Shown: one piece after another, positions 53,307 to 64,000 of the stretch
Numbering within the stretch: position 1 is the stretch's first letter
How the letters are laid out: every line of letters begins with the position of its first letter
NCBI GenBank assembly: GCA_036172245.1
Contig: JAYWIR010000002.1
Location: forward strand, 3,658,001 to 3,722,000
Length of the DNA: 64,000 bases
Reading direction: 5' to 3'
Source of the DNA: Raillietiella orientalis
Lineage: Eukaryota
Position numbers and translations under genes: made by a program
The notes under the pieces: model-generated
Seen by the model: the letters and a program-made list of their open reading frames with translations, nothing else
Databases searched by the model: none
Told to the model about the DNA's origin: nothing

Positions 53307-56300
53307 ATCACTCGCGCAACCGAGTTTCTGTTTTCTGCGAGCAGGGTTGCCACGTTCGCTTCTTGGCCTCCGGAGACGGCCACTGAAAACCCCCTCGGCC
53401 CTCCGTGAGAATAAATTCACGAGCACGAGACAGAAAACAGATCACGGAGATTTAAAAAGCCGAACATACATCTCATTTCTTTTCGACGAGAACTGAAAAA
53501 AAATAAGCTTTTCTAAAAGTCAAGTTTCTCGAAACAATTTTTTTTCGAGACTTCCGTGCTTGTTTTGAAGATCAAAAGTAGCGATCAGTTATTTCCACTG
53601 AATGGAACCAAAACGCAGCCTTCTGAAGAAGTAGAATGCACGAATTTTAAATCATGTTTACATGCTTTTAATGAAGCTCCTGAAATATTTGAGAGCGCTT
53701 CAATAACCATTTAAGGCCTGACTAAAACTCACCTATTTCAGCAAAAGTCGACAATTCCTATTTTGATTCAGTGTCCATTCTATAATGATATTTTCTATAT
53801 CACTATTAAAATATGACTATCTGTTGATAGTCTTCGATTATTTAGTCAGGAAGTAATTCTCATGATTTGGGAAATTTCATATTAGACGACAGTTCAGTTT
53901 TTGAAAATCATAATCAAAATACAAAACAGTATTAAAGTCCATACTTGTTGAAAATTGAAGAAAATTGATTTTGAATCAAACAATTCTCAAGGTAGGCTAT
54001 GGAAAAAACTTTGATGAAAACTTAATTATCCATGTTTTCCATGTTTACTATCTCAAACTCTGACACACATGCATTGCTAATTACTGAATACAACTTCATG
54101 ATGGCCACAGCAATGAGTAATACCGGAAAGAATCGGTTATGAACCACGGAACCATTACGAAAATTTGGAATTTATCAATGATGAGTGTTTTTGTCTTTGC
54201 TGATTATTTTTTTCCTAATTATAAATGCGACTACTAATGTAGAAGTTAAGATCCTAAATCCTAAGGATGAAATAATCTAATAAACTGAATAATCGGACTA
54301 AGACTCATGCACTGGATAAACAGATTACTGGATACTTTGGAATATTGAGTTCTTTATCTTGAGAAACATCTTATTACCAATTCTGTAAATATTAGAGAGC
54401 AAGACATAGACAAAATCCACATGAAATCAAATGATTGCTTACTTGCTCTACAATGCTATAAAAATTTTCAGCACCTAGAAATTCTACATCACTACTCATT
54501 ATTTTGAAAGTTCATTTTATTCTTTCACTTACTTTATGTAGCACAATCAAACAAATATCTCGAAAGCTACCAACTCATATGCAACTGTATTTATAACTAT
54601 GCAAGCTTACATAATTTACTGGTAGATTGCGAAAAAATTGCAAGACGTAGCTTTGTATTTACTAAAAGTTGTACTTTAAAAGATAGTTTATTATATTTTC
54701 ATTACATTTTTACATTTTCAGTGCACAGTTATATTTACAATTTTTAGTAGGAATAAATAAAATTGATAAATTATTCAAAGTAACAATTCCTAGAATTCTG
54801 TCGAGACTAGAATTGATGGGATTCCAACTTTTGTCCTTTTAGTAAACTTTTGCCTTCTGCCTTTTTTTGTTGTTCACGAATTTTTTTTCTTATGAAGCCG
54901 ACTGCTTCCAGGAAACGAACTAAGAGGACCAATAGTACCTGAGGAAACTGAAGTCGAAAGCTTCACTAAATTAGATTACATCTACTAGTTTTGCAAATTA
55001 GGCACCGGACAGTATTTATTTCCTCAGGTCTGGTCAATGAGATTATCAAACATGAGACATGTAGTTCTGTCTGAACCTTATACACAGAAGCCGTCAATCC
55101 TTAATTTGACCAGGAAACGGTGCTTGCAGAAAGCACGTTACGTGATAGCATCGCGACATACTGTCGGCGGGCAAAATATTTTGCCGCAAACTTCGAAATT
55201 ACATCAACACGAAGAATGCCTCAACGATTTGAGAGAATGCGACGAATATGATAAAAGAACCACGCATTGAGAATCGATAAATCCTGAACCACTCCACGGA
55301 ACTTCTGTCGAGTTCGTCAAACTAAAGAGATCTTGTTTGTGTGTAGAGATTATGAGGAATTTGAAGAAGAACACGTTAATGTGCTCACTGAGTAGATGCT
55401 CATTCTTGGTGAACCTAAAAGTCAAATACTTCGAAACAGTGAAAGGAAGGCTACATAAAGTTTCAGTCCCGGAAAAAATCCAAAATAGGTTTTGAACATG
55501 AATTGAAGTATTAGAAGAGAGACACCTCCATAAACGAGTCCGAGGGGCAGCGACTCTTCCGATGCATCCGATTGCTTCCTCACACTTTACAGCTCTGTGC
55601 TTCGATCAATGGCTCACTCATTTGGAAATTCAGTTACGCCAACATCTATTCTGCTGAACGCTGCATCATAAAAAGCAGGCAGAGGTGTGAGAAAAGAAAG
55701 AGGGAAAAACAACTATGAAGAAAAACTGAGCAGTTGGCTGAGGTACAGGGAAACATAATTCAAAGAAACTCAATACACGTGCCAAAAGTTTAAAAACCAA
55801 AGTTGGATTTCTTTTCTTGGTCGCTGTAAACTTTGCTCCGCAAAGGTTAATTGGACACTCGAAAAACGAAGAGAAGAATGTTTAATCGTTACTCTGAAAG
55901 TTTTCTATCCCATGTTCTGTCGAATCTTCCTATTTCTTATCAAACACGTTTAGTCTAGCTATTCCCTTGGAACACTTCAGTCGTTTTCGAAACATTAATG
56001 ATTTTTCCATCCATTAATAAGCATTGAATTTAACTGGGTGAACTTGATCGACGAATGATTAATGAATTCCATAGATCCTTTGGTATTAGGGTGCACGAGC
56101 CGAAGTCCTCCTCCTGCTGCATTACGTTACTTATTACTCAAGCTTTGATTTATTGGTTTCGTTTTTTGTGGTTTTGTCTTTGGAACCAGCGCCCCGAGAA
56201 CAAATCTTCCACGTGTCATTCCGTAGACATTTCATTTAAATTCGCATTCAGTATTCAGTTACATCTTTCGGAATGCATTTCTTGAGCTTTTTCCTTCTAA

Positions 56301-58516
56301 GCTGATGACGCTTAATGGTAGAATTTGATGGATCGGTAACCACACGCACCAACTGCTATTAGAACGTGAGAACCCTGTTACTACATACAGCTGGTTGAGA
56401 CGTTGGGCGCGGTTTGCAGAATCACGGAGCACAGCTGACACGGACGTGTCACTTGTCTCCCCGGTCTTCACCCTTCCTACCTCGAAAACTGCAGAATCGA
56501 GGTCCGCATTGATTTGCAGCTCTGGAGAAGGAAACTATTTATCAGCTTGCCATCGGTGTCGGCTTGCACGCTGGCTTTGGAGCCATTAAGATGCGTTTTT
56601 TGCGGTTGGTTAGCCTCTGCTTTTCCGTGGATCCACGCCGAGCACTCTTCGAGGTTGCCTCGGCTGCTGCGCCTTCGGCATTTCAAGTCAGGCGTGCCGC
56701 TTCTCCGTGCCGAGGGCCTGCCGTGGTAAATACCAAATTTCTCTCTTTGCGGTACATCGGTGCGCCGCCCTTCGTACGAACGCGAGATTCGTTCCATTAA
56801 ATAGTCGTATCGTGTGCATCGTCCAAGCACTTCAATATACGTAAAACGTGTAGCTGCTTCCAGCTTAATGGGAATAGGCAGTGAAAATTTTAATTTTTTT
56901 TTTTTTTAAAAAAAAGGCCAGTAGCGACCCCACGAGGAGATCGTTACTATTGGAAGGTGTACGAATTGGAATGACACTTCAGCCAGTTTATACACTTTTA
57001 GGCAAATGTTTTGAATGTACCCCCTTGGAATCTAAATGTGCTGTTGACGTAGTTTAAGTAGTTATGGAGAGCAAAATGAAAACAGGGAAATCTAAACATT
57101 ATCCATGAAGACGAAAGATATCATTCCTTCTTTTGCAAATACTTTAGCAGCCTAGACTGAGCTCCTTTATTTTCTTAAGTGTTCATCATCCATGTTTGTG
57201 GACGCAGAATGTCTTACCGATATCTCATCAAGTTGTCCTTCTTTTTCGCAATTGTAGGGTTTTTTACCCTGAAGAAATAACCCTCTTGTTTACTTTCTCA
57301 GGCGCTTTTTAAAGTAATTAAAAGAACTCTTGAAAAGCAGTGAATGCTAAGACAGGCAGCAGCACACGCAAAGACTGAAGTGGCAAAGCCTAAAGCTCTA
57401 ACGGGAACCCGGCCGGCTTGAACTTCACGTGCTCTAGCCCACACTGCCTGGGTTGAATTAAAGGATCATCAAAGAAAAACAAAATCGAACCAATCGCGGC
57501 CTATCTGTGCTCATTTGGAGCTGAAGACACACTTCCACCAAAATCGTCTACAGTTTCAGAGCTGTGAAGGTGCAACCAACATGTGAATCCATTCCTCGTG
57601 TCGTCATTCGGAGGGATAGTGCAAACACTCGGATTTGTTCTTCTACGAATCTAGCAGTCTCGAACAAGACAGAAGAAGACAGTGTGAAACAATTCCGATG
57701 ATTTTGGTCGTTCAACCAACAAATTTCGATCCGCCTCTGACTGCATGCCAATAACCATACAGTTCTTCTTGCTTTTTCCATTTTTACGATCACTGCCAGG
57801 TTGCTCTTCTACTACTCCACCATCGAGCCTGGTTTGCGAGGTCCCTGTAGTCAGGGGCAAGACTGCACGTTAATCCTCTTCTGACCACGAATAGTGGACA
57901 AGAGCGTTCTTCATAATGACGACTATTAGGTAACGCCGCCGTACGCCATGCGGGAAGCCTCGACCGTGACTTAAAACGCTCATTCCGATTAGCCACAATG
58001 CAGATATTTCGCGCATCGAGTTGGGCGCGAAATGTCTGGGAAAAAAAAAAAAACTTTTCACTGGGCTTCATCGAGATGTCATAGTTATTCCGATTTGCTT
58101 TTTAAGCCAACTTCCAACTTGGCAAAGCAAAAAACCCTTAGGGCTGAAATGCGTTCTGCCCCAACCGAAAAAGTTTACGGCTTTATAATGGTTCCGGGTT
58201 GCCACACACACGCCATCATACTACGATTGAGATTCTCTTATCAATCACATCTTTCGTGATCAGACTCGGGATATCCGCATTGATTTTGCGGGAGGCAAAT
58301 CTCCTTTAATACCGATGTCTTGTCATTTTGGCTGGTGCTAAATTTCTTTTTATTTGTCTTGAACACTGGAATTCACTTTCACTTTACCCTAAAAGCAAAG
58401 GCCCATTCAAGGTTTCCTTCGGTGTGGTAGTAATGTGGCATCATCAATGTTCCCGCTTCAGTACTGATTGCATATTACACATTTCGATAATTCATTTTCA
58501 ATATGACGATTCATAT

Positions 58517-58837
58517 CTAACTGTGGCTAATGACAGTTACAAACTTATAATCAACACAGCACCTGCTATCGTAAGGAACCAAAAAGTAATTAGTTTTTGG
58601 TTCCTCACACAGTATGCTAATAATTTCTACAGGGTTAACTTGATCAAGAGCTTCAGCCAATCTGTCTACACAGGATGAGCTCTCAATAACATCTACAAGA
58701 TCTCTTGAAACATTTTTTTCCAGAAATTGAAAGTTTTGAACAGTTCCAGTCATCTCACTCAGTAGGAGAATTCTTAGCGTCCACTTTACGTTCAATTCAG
58801 AATACTTGAAACTTTTGTTCTTCCATAAAGAGAACAT
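58517..58837 (-). CDS. Hypothetical ORF/terminal exon downstream of the CAP-Gly-like gene
   Basis: A 106-codon open frame in AT-rich DNA with protein-like composition, preceded by an acceptor (gtgatag, ~58878) and a phase-compatible small exon near 58986-58946. No family recognised. Confidence 0.3.
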   Translation of the reverse strand: MFSLWKNKSFKYSELNVKWTLRILLLSEMTGTVQNFQFLEKNVSRDLVDVIESSSCVDRLAEALDQVNPVEIISILCEEPKTNYFLVPYDSRCCVDYKFVTVISHS

Positions 58838-59694
58838 GAACCATACAACACAGCTGTGATATCCATTGGATGTTATCCTATCACAATTTGATATGCATTA
58901 GCAATAATGGGAAGTAAAACATCAAAAGGAGTCACACAAACATACAAGCAGCTGTCTAACACTGGTGTAATGGGCAGGTTAGAGTTCTAGGAAATCTCAC
59001 AAAAAAATGTTAGCCTTTTTTTTTTTTTTTGCAACACAGCAGACCCCTAGGATGTGAAAGCAGGGATAAATTAATGCATGACATGAATCACTTACATAAA
59101 TGGACATTCAAGAACACACAGACTGCACAAGGCCATGAAGCAAATGCAAAATTAGTCAACAAAGGAGCACATATAAGCAATCACAAGTTTGTTCAACTTC
59201 CAATTACATCCCACCCATAACATACTAATCAACATGCTTGTAGTTATTCGATTTCCAAAGTGATCCTTATGGAATTCAAATGAATTGTGGTGAAACATCA
59301 AAATACACAATATTGAAGTCCTTGAACCATATTCACCTTCCCAACTTTGGCCACACTGAATAAAACACCTGACAAATAATTATACATGCATATTCCTTAA
59401 ATATGAAACATAATTGGTTTGTGTTTGAAAAAACGAAAAAAATGATTAATGAATGGCCCACTTATACAAGACTCCAAAGCATTTTTGACTTTATTTTAAA
59501 AAATCTCCAATGGCAGGACCCTGACTCAAAATGCATTAATAAAAATGAGCAACTGCTGATATGTGTTATTCATATTCCATTATGTATCCTTCCAACATGG
59601 AATGCAAAAAACTGGATATACATGTATCCCAAAAACTGCACTAAAAGATTTGCAAAAAATAATTCCTCTCCAAAATGAACTTACCAGTCAACTG

Positions 59695-61214
59695 CTAGTT
59701 TCGCCATGCTAAAAGAACCTTTTCAAAAGGAACAAGGACCATACTGCAACCATCTTCCATACAGTGATCACCTACAATGGAATACATAAACCCTCCAGTC
59801 CCAATTACAAAAGTGTGATACCATTAGCTTGAATTTTAGGGTTAATAATCCGAACACCAACAACATCTTCCTGATTATCATTTCCTAGATAATGAATAGT
59901 ACCTTTGACAACACCATCAGTACTATGCAGAATCTTCACTTCACTATTTAATGAAAGATCGCCCAAGCATTTAGGAATGTATGGATGCTTGTTTGGAACT
60001 GCAAGGACAGATTCACTGTCCCTAAGAGTTTTCTTATAGTCCTTTATCCCAAATTAACCTTTACAGTTAGAGTAATCTTCAGTGGAGTTTAAAGCAGATT
60101 TACTGAATCTGAGGTAATCTTGAAGGAAAGTTTCTGCTTCTTCAATTAATGATTCTGTGGAGCTGCTTCCATGTACATTTAAGATTTGATCATCTAGAAA
60201 GTGAATAAAACTTTAAAAAATTTTAATCACGAACTGTCATCTACGAAAGTTGGCTCAAAGTAAAAGCATCCGGAGGCTTAAAAATGAATCAAGTTTACAA
60301 CCCTAAACACTGCTAACAAATATTACTGAAATAATAGTATAAAGTGCATTTAATTTACTTCCATCTACTTTTAATGGAAAACCATAAAAACTGAAATCCT
60401 CATTACCGAAATCCGCCTCACGGTGATCAAAAATAAGATGGATGGAGTCTGCACTTGAATTTTTCAGAGTCTTATCATTTTTCATCCATGATGTACTTTT
60501 CAACATACTCAAAGAATTAGATGCTCTTCTATTAAAAGTTTTTGAATGGAGTTGTTCTTTGCTTATCTTCGAAAGATCCACCTCACTTTTGCTTTTACGT
60601 GGAACTTCATCTCTGATGTGACCAAACAGAGAATGCCCATCTCCTCCATAATCATGATGGCTTCTACATTGTCTCCTTCCTGGACTGGAGGTAGTCATTC
60701 GCTTTTGGAGTTGGGATTTCAACAAATGCATTTCCTTCTCCATCATTTGAATTTTCTCTTTCAGTTTAAATATTGTTTCATGCTGCTTATAAATGACATC
60801 AATTATGGGATTATATGCAGGATTTTTTAACTGCATCCGTTGTTCATCAAAGTCCTCACTCACATAGCTTGCTATACCAAGAAGTGGCATGTCTCTATTC
60901 ATTTCACTGATCATACTATGTTGGACATCTTGCTTAAGTAGCACAATGATATGACATGTTTTGCTACATATTCTAAAGGTTTCAAAGTCATATTTCGCAT
61001 CATCGACACATAAACAGCCACTATAGACTCCTTCTAACATACAAACAGTTCCTGAATTGAAAGATTCCTTATGCTCATTCCACTTTAATTCTATTGTTCT
61101 GAAACTACCACTTCCGATGCACATAGATTTGTTCATACGCAGGCAGCAGAGTATGTACACGCGACTATGCTTAGTACCTATAGTTGGATCCCATGACAAA
61201 GTCAGTTTTGCCAT
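59695..61214 (-). CDS. Coiled-coil protein with a divergent C-terminal CAP-Gly-like domain
   Basis: Exons 61214-60359, 60193-60059, 59998-59822, 59771-59695 splice in frame (GT-AG introns of 165, 60 and 50 nt). There is a heptad-like stretch (IYKQHETIFKLKEKIQMMEKEMHLLKSQLQK). The C-terminus PYIPKCLGDLSLNSEVKI...KGTIHYLG...EDVVGVRI...VLVPFEKVLLAW* fits the CAP-Gly pattern G.V.Y.G...VGV.L...FVP..KV. An acceptor-like cttaccag lies just 5' of the ATG, so the true start may be further upstream. Confidence 0.7.
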
Positions 61215-63567
61215 TCCCAAGGTAACTGGTAAGATCACAACATATTAATGAAACACACCATCAGATTAGAAACAAGCAACAGATCTTTCAGTAATCAAGT
61301 TAATGATCAAACAATCTGATCAGACGATTAAGACATCGATGTCGCGCGTAAAAAGTGCCAGTCTACAAAGTAGCAAAAATTAAATGCATAATCATTTTTA
61401 TATTGCGCTGAAACCTGCTGATGCACTGAAAATATGGAACTATACATACGAAACTAAGGCTAGTCTTAAGAAATAATTTTTCAATTTGAATAATCGAAAT
61501 TTCAGTGATTATATGTCATTTCTAAATCAGGAGAAGCTCATTTAAGTTGAGCTTTGAAATGAAATAAATTCATTCTTTGTTGAATTCCATTAACTAGCTC
61601 AAATGTCTAATATAGTGTTTAAAGAATTCTCTGATAGTACATGATGCAACAATCAGATTATTGCATTATGTACACTGCTTTATTTAGAATTTTATTGTTT
61701 GAAAGAAAGTAAGTGAAAATATTAAACTAAGCTTAGTCTGAAAATTACATTTTGGTCCTAAATTTCATGAAAATATGCTTGGTATTTTGATGATGTTGCT
61801 AATTTGAAGAACTCAAACTGCATGTTAATAAAACAGTTGGGTTCCTGGACTGCTTAAAAGGACAAGTACTCTTATATTTAAGTTTGCAATTGTGATAAAT
61901 GAGATCCAGATCTTTTATTCTAGCCATTGACTACTTGCGCTATATGTAATCTGCAAGTACATCCTTACTGGATGTCTGGAGACAAAGATGCTTTATATAC
62001 AGAAACTTTGTTCTGCAACTTTCTTGCTTTGTCTTACGTGTGATCAATCGAAAGATCCGATCAAAAAAAAACAAAAGAAATTGTACCGTAAGAAGTCATG
62101 TTTTTATTTATCACAAAAGTTGGTATATTTGTTGCTATTTTCATTCTGCTGAGCAATTATCTATCCTTCCCTATTCATTTAAATCTGGTACAAAGTTACT
62201 GATAACTAAATCGTGAACTGTTTAACAGACATGCCATTTTTCGGGTTAAATCAAATGTAGTTCGTGATGAGATCTGTGACTTATAAATTCTCTTTGGTCG
62301 CATGTGATATCCATAATCACTGCTCTTTGGTGATGGCGAACTGAATTGTTTTTCGAGTTGAAAAATTAACAGAGTTTTTGTGAATGGACATTTGTTTCGC
62401 GAGAGTGTCTTTCTTGAGATCTTTATCTGCTACCGGAAATTAAGGAATTCCAGTCTTGAGTGGATGATGTTTGACATAGCGGGATTTTCAGAATCGTTTA
62501 TCTTACATAGACTTGGTTATGTTTCTTTCCATCCCGGGCATCTCGCTGATGTCTCGGACTCTCCTGCCACGTCCTGTTCTGAGTGCCCGCCTTCGATGGA
62601 TTCTTTGAGTCTTGCAATTGGAAAGTTCCCTTTCATTCCTTTCGGTATTTGTAGTCAGTCCGTCAGCTACGCCTCCATGTGGGAATGCGAGGAAGAAAAA
62701 ACTCGGGAACGCGACCGGCGTTGCACCGGCCTTGCATGTTTGCAAGGTCGTCGTAACACGGTACGACGGCGCTGCTGATGCGGAAACTGCCAGTCAGACT
62801 GCATTTACTGAAGGAGCGGCCTTCACCTCGACGGCTAAGTTCATTCTTCCAGGAGCCGCGCAAGCCCCGGACACAGCCGAAAGACCGACAAAAACAAGCG
62901 TGCCTGGGAGCGAAGCCCAAGCCCCCGAGAGTGGGCGAGCACAAGGTCCCGCAAGAACGAGGGTATTTCAGTAGGACCTAGGAAGGCAGGGACGCGACAC
63001 TCGCCTCTCTGGATCACGGAAAAGAGGGAAACCAAGCCGTGAGAGTAGGTCCCAGTCAGCGTCCCAGCTGAAACCCCGTTGTCAGAGGATCGCTCTCTAG
63101 TAGGTGAGGAGGAGACAGAGTATGGCCTCTTCCCATCGCCTATAGGGCCCCTTTCGGCACTCCAGCGGGCCGCGCGGCAATATAAGGCGAACGCAGCGGT
63201 GCTCATCTCAGCGGCACTCCTCTCCCAGATCTCCACGCGGGCCTCTCAAGCGCGCTTGCAGCTCCCCCGTCAGTGGAACGGCCTCGCGCGCCCAGCCGGA
63301 GTCGCATCCCCCACAGAGCCGCCGACTGCTGAGCAAAGCGAACGTGGCATTCGGTTCGCCGCACAGCGGGGCAAGTTGGCACCCGATCGGGCGCAATCCG
63401 CCGACGTGCCGCAGGGCCCGACGCGATCCGGTTGACGACGAGGGGCTTCGGCATTCGCCTGCCGTCAGACGCGGCAACGGACACAGGTCAGAGGAACGTG
63501 TACAAGGGCACGCGTAAGCAGTCCTGTCGGCCGGGATGTCGAATGCCTCTCCCCGGACGACCGCTGG

Positions 63568-63646
63568 TGCCCGCGTTGACGCCTGTGTGGCTGCGGTCTC
63601 TCCACGTGAGACACCGAACGTCGTGGGTTCGAATCCCGCTCGGGGA
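63568..63646 (+). mobile_element. tRNA-like cloverleaf; probable tRNA-derived SINE head or tRNA pseudogene
   Basis: T-arm GTGGG-TTCGAAT-CCCGC (63623-63639, B-box GGTTCGAATCCC) and an anticodon-like arm GTCTC-TCCACGT-GAGAC (63596-63612). The acceptor stem is mismatched, C replaces U33, and there is no nearby oligo-T terminator. Confidence 0.55.
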
Positions 63647-64000
63647 AGGTCGACACCGAGAATGGGAGGTGCGCCGTGGGTCCCCTTCCCCTGCAGGATG
63701 GCCTCTGGTTGGCCTACGGGCTTCGGGTGCTCCTCCGTTGCCCTATTGAGAGGCCAGGATCGGAAGTGGACCCTCCAGGGACCTTCAAGGAATCAAGGAG
63801 CCTTTCGGGGTTCCCTTCCTGTTGTGGAAAAGGGATCCGTCCCCTCCCCCCCTCAGGGAGGAGGACCCTCCATCGCGTACCATGGCGCTGGTTGTAACCC
63901 CCCTCGGACTGTCGCCTCTCCGGCGTATCAAGAAGTACTCTGCTCCCTTCGGAGAGAAATCGCGAAGCGTCCTTTCCGGGTTCTCTTCAGAGGAGGAAAC

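Noticed and set aside
62380..63560. ORF fragments as a possible gag-like gene
   Set aside because: No zinc knuckle or other diagnostic motif, and the frames are interrupted.

Overview
Eukaryotic (invertebrate animal, plausibly arthropod; taxon cannot be fixed from sequence alone) genomic window with a sharp compositional mosaic. GC/CpG-rich, simple-repeat-rich blocks (~0.5-15.9 kb, ~17.7-18.7 kb, ~24.4-43.5 kb, ~62.4-64 kb) alternate with AT-rich, visibly CpG-poor blocks carrying compact genes with micro-introns of ~42-60 nt. I could splice by hand: CLASRP (+, 18954-21984, includes a GC-AG intron), a TOG-domain TOGARAM/crescerin-like gene (+, TOG exons 41260-42864, probable upstream exons with a 51-bp coding minisatellite), CDK8 (+, 48680-50584, 9 exons), an NDUFB4-like locus with an in-frame TAG (-, ~52.7-53.3 kb) and a coiled-coil protein ending in a divergent CAP-Gly-like domain (-, 61214-59695). 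A tRNA-like/SINE-head element lies at ~63.6 kb. Most long ORFs in the GC-rich blocks look like compositional artefacts. I found no CRISPR, prokaryotic system or recognisable intact transposon, and cannot claim a new biological system. The best leads are the micro-intron splicing rules, candidate intronic RNAs or poison exons, the interrupted NDUFB4-like gene and a possible spliced bicistronic 3' region.
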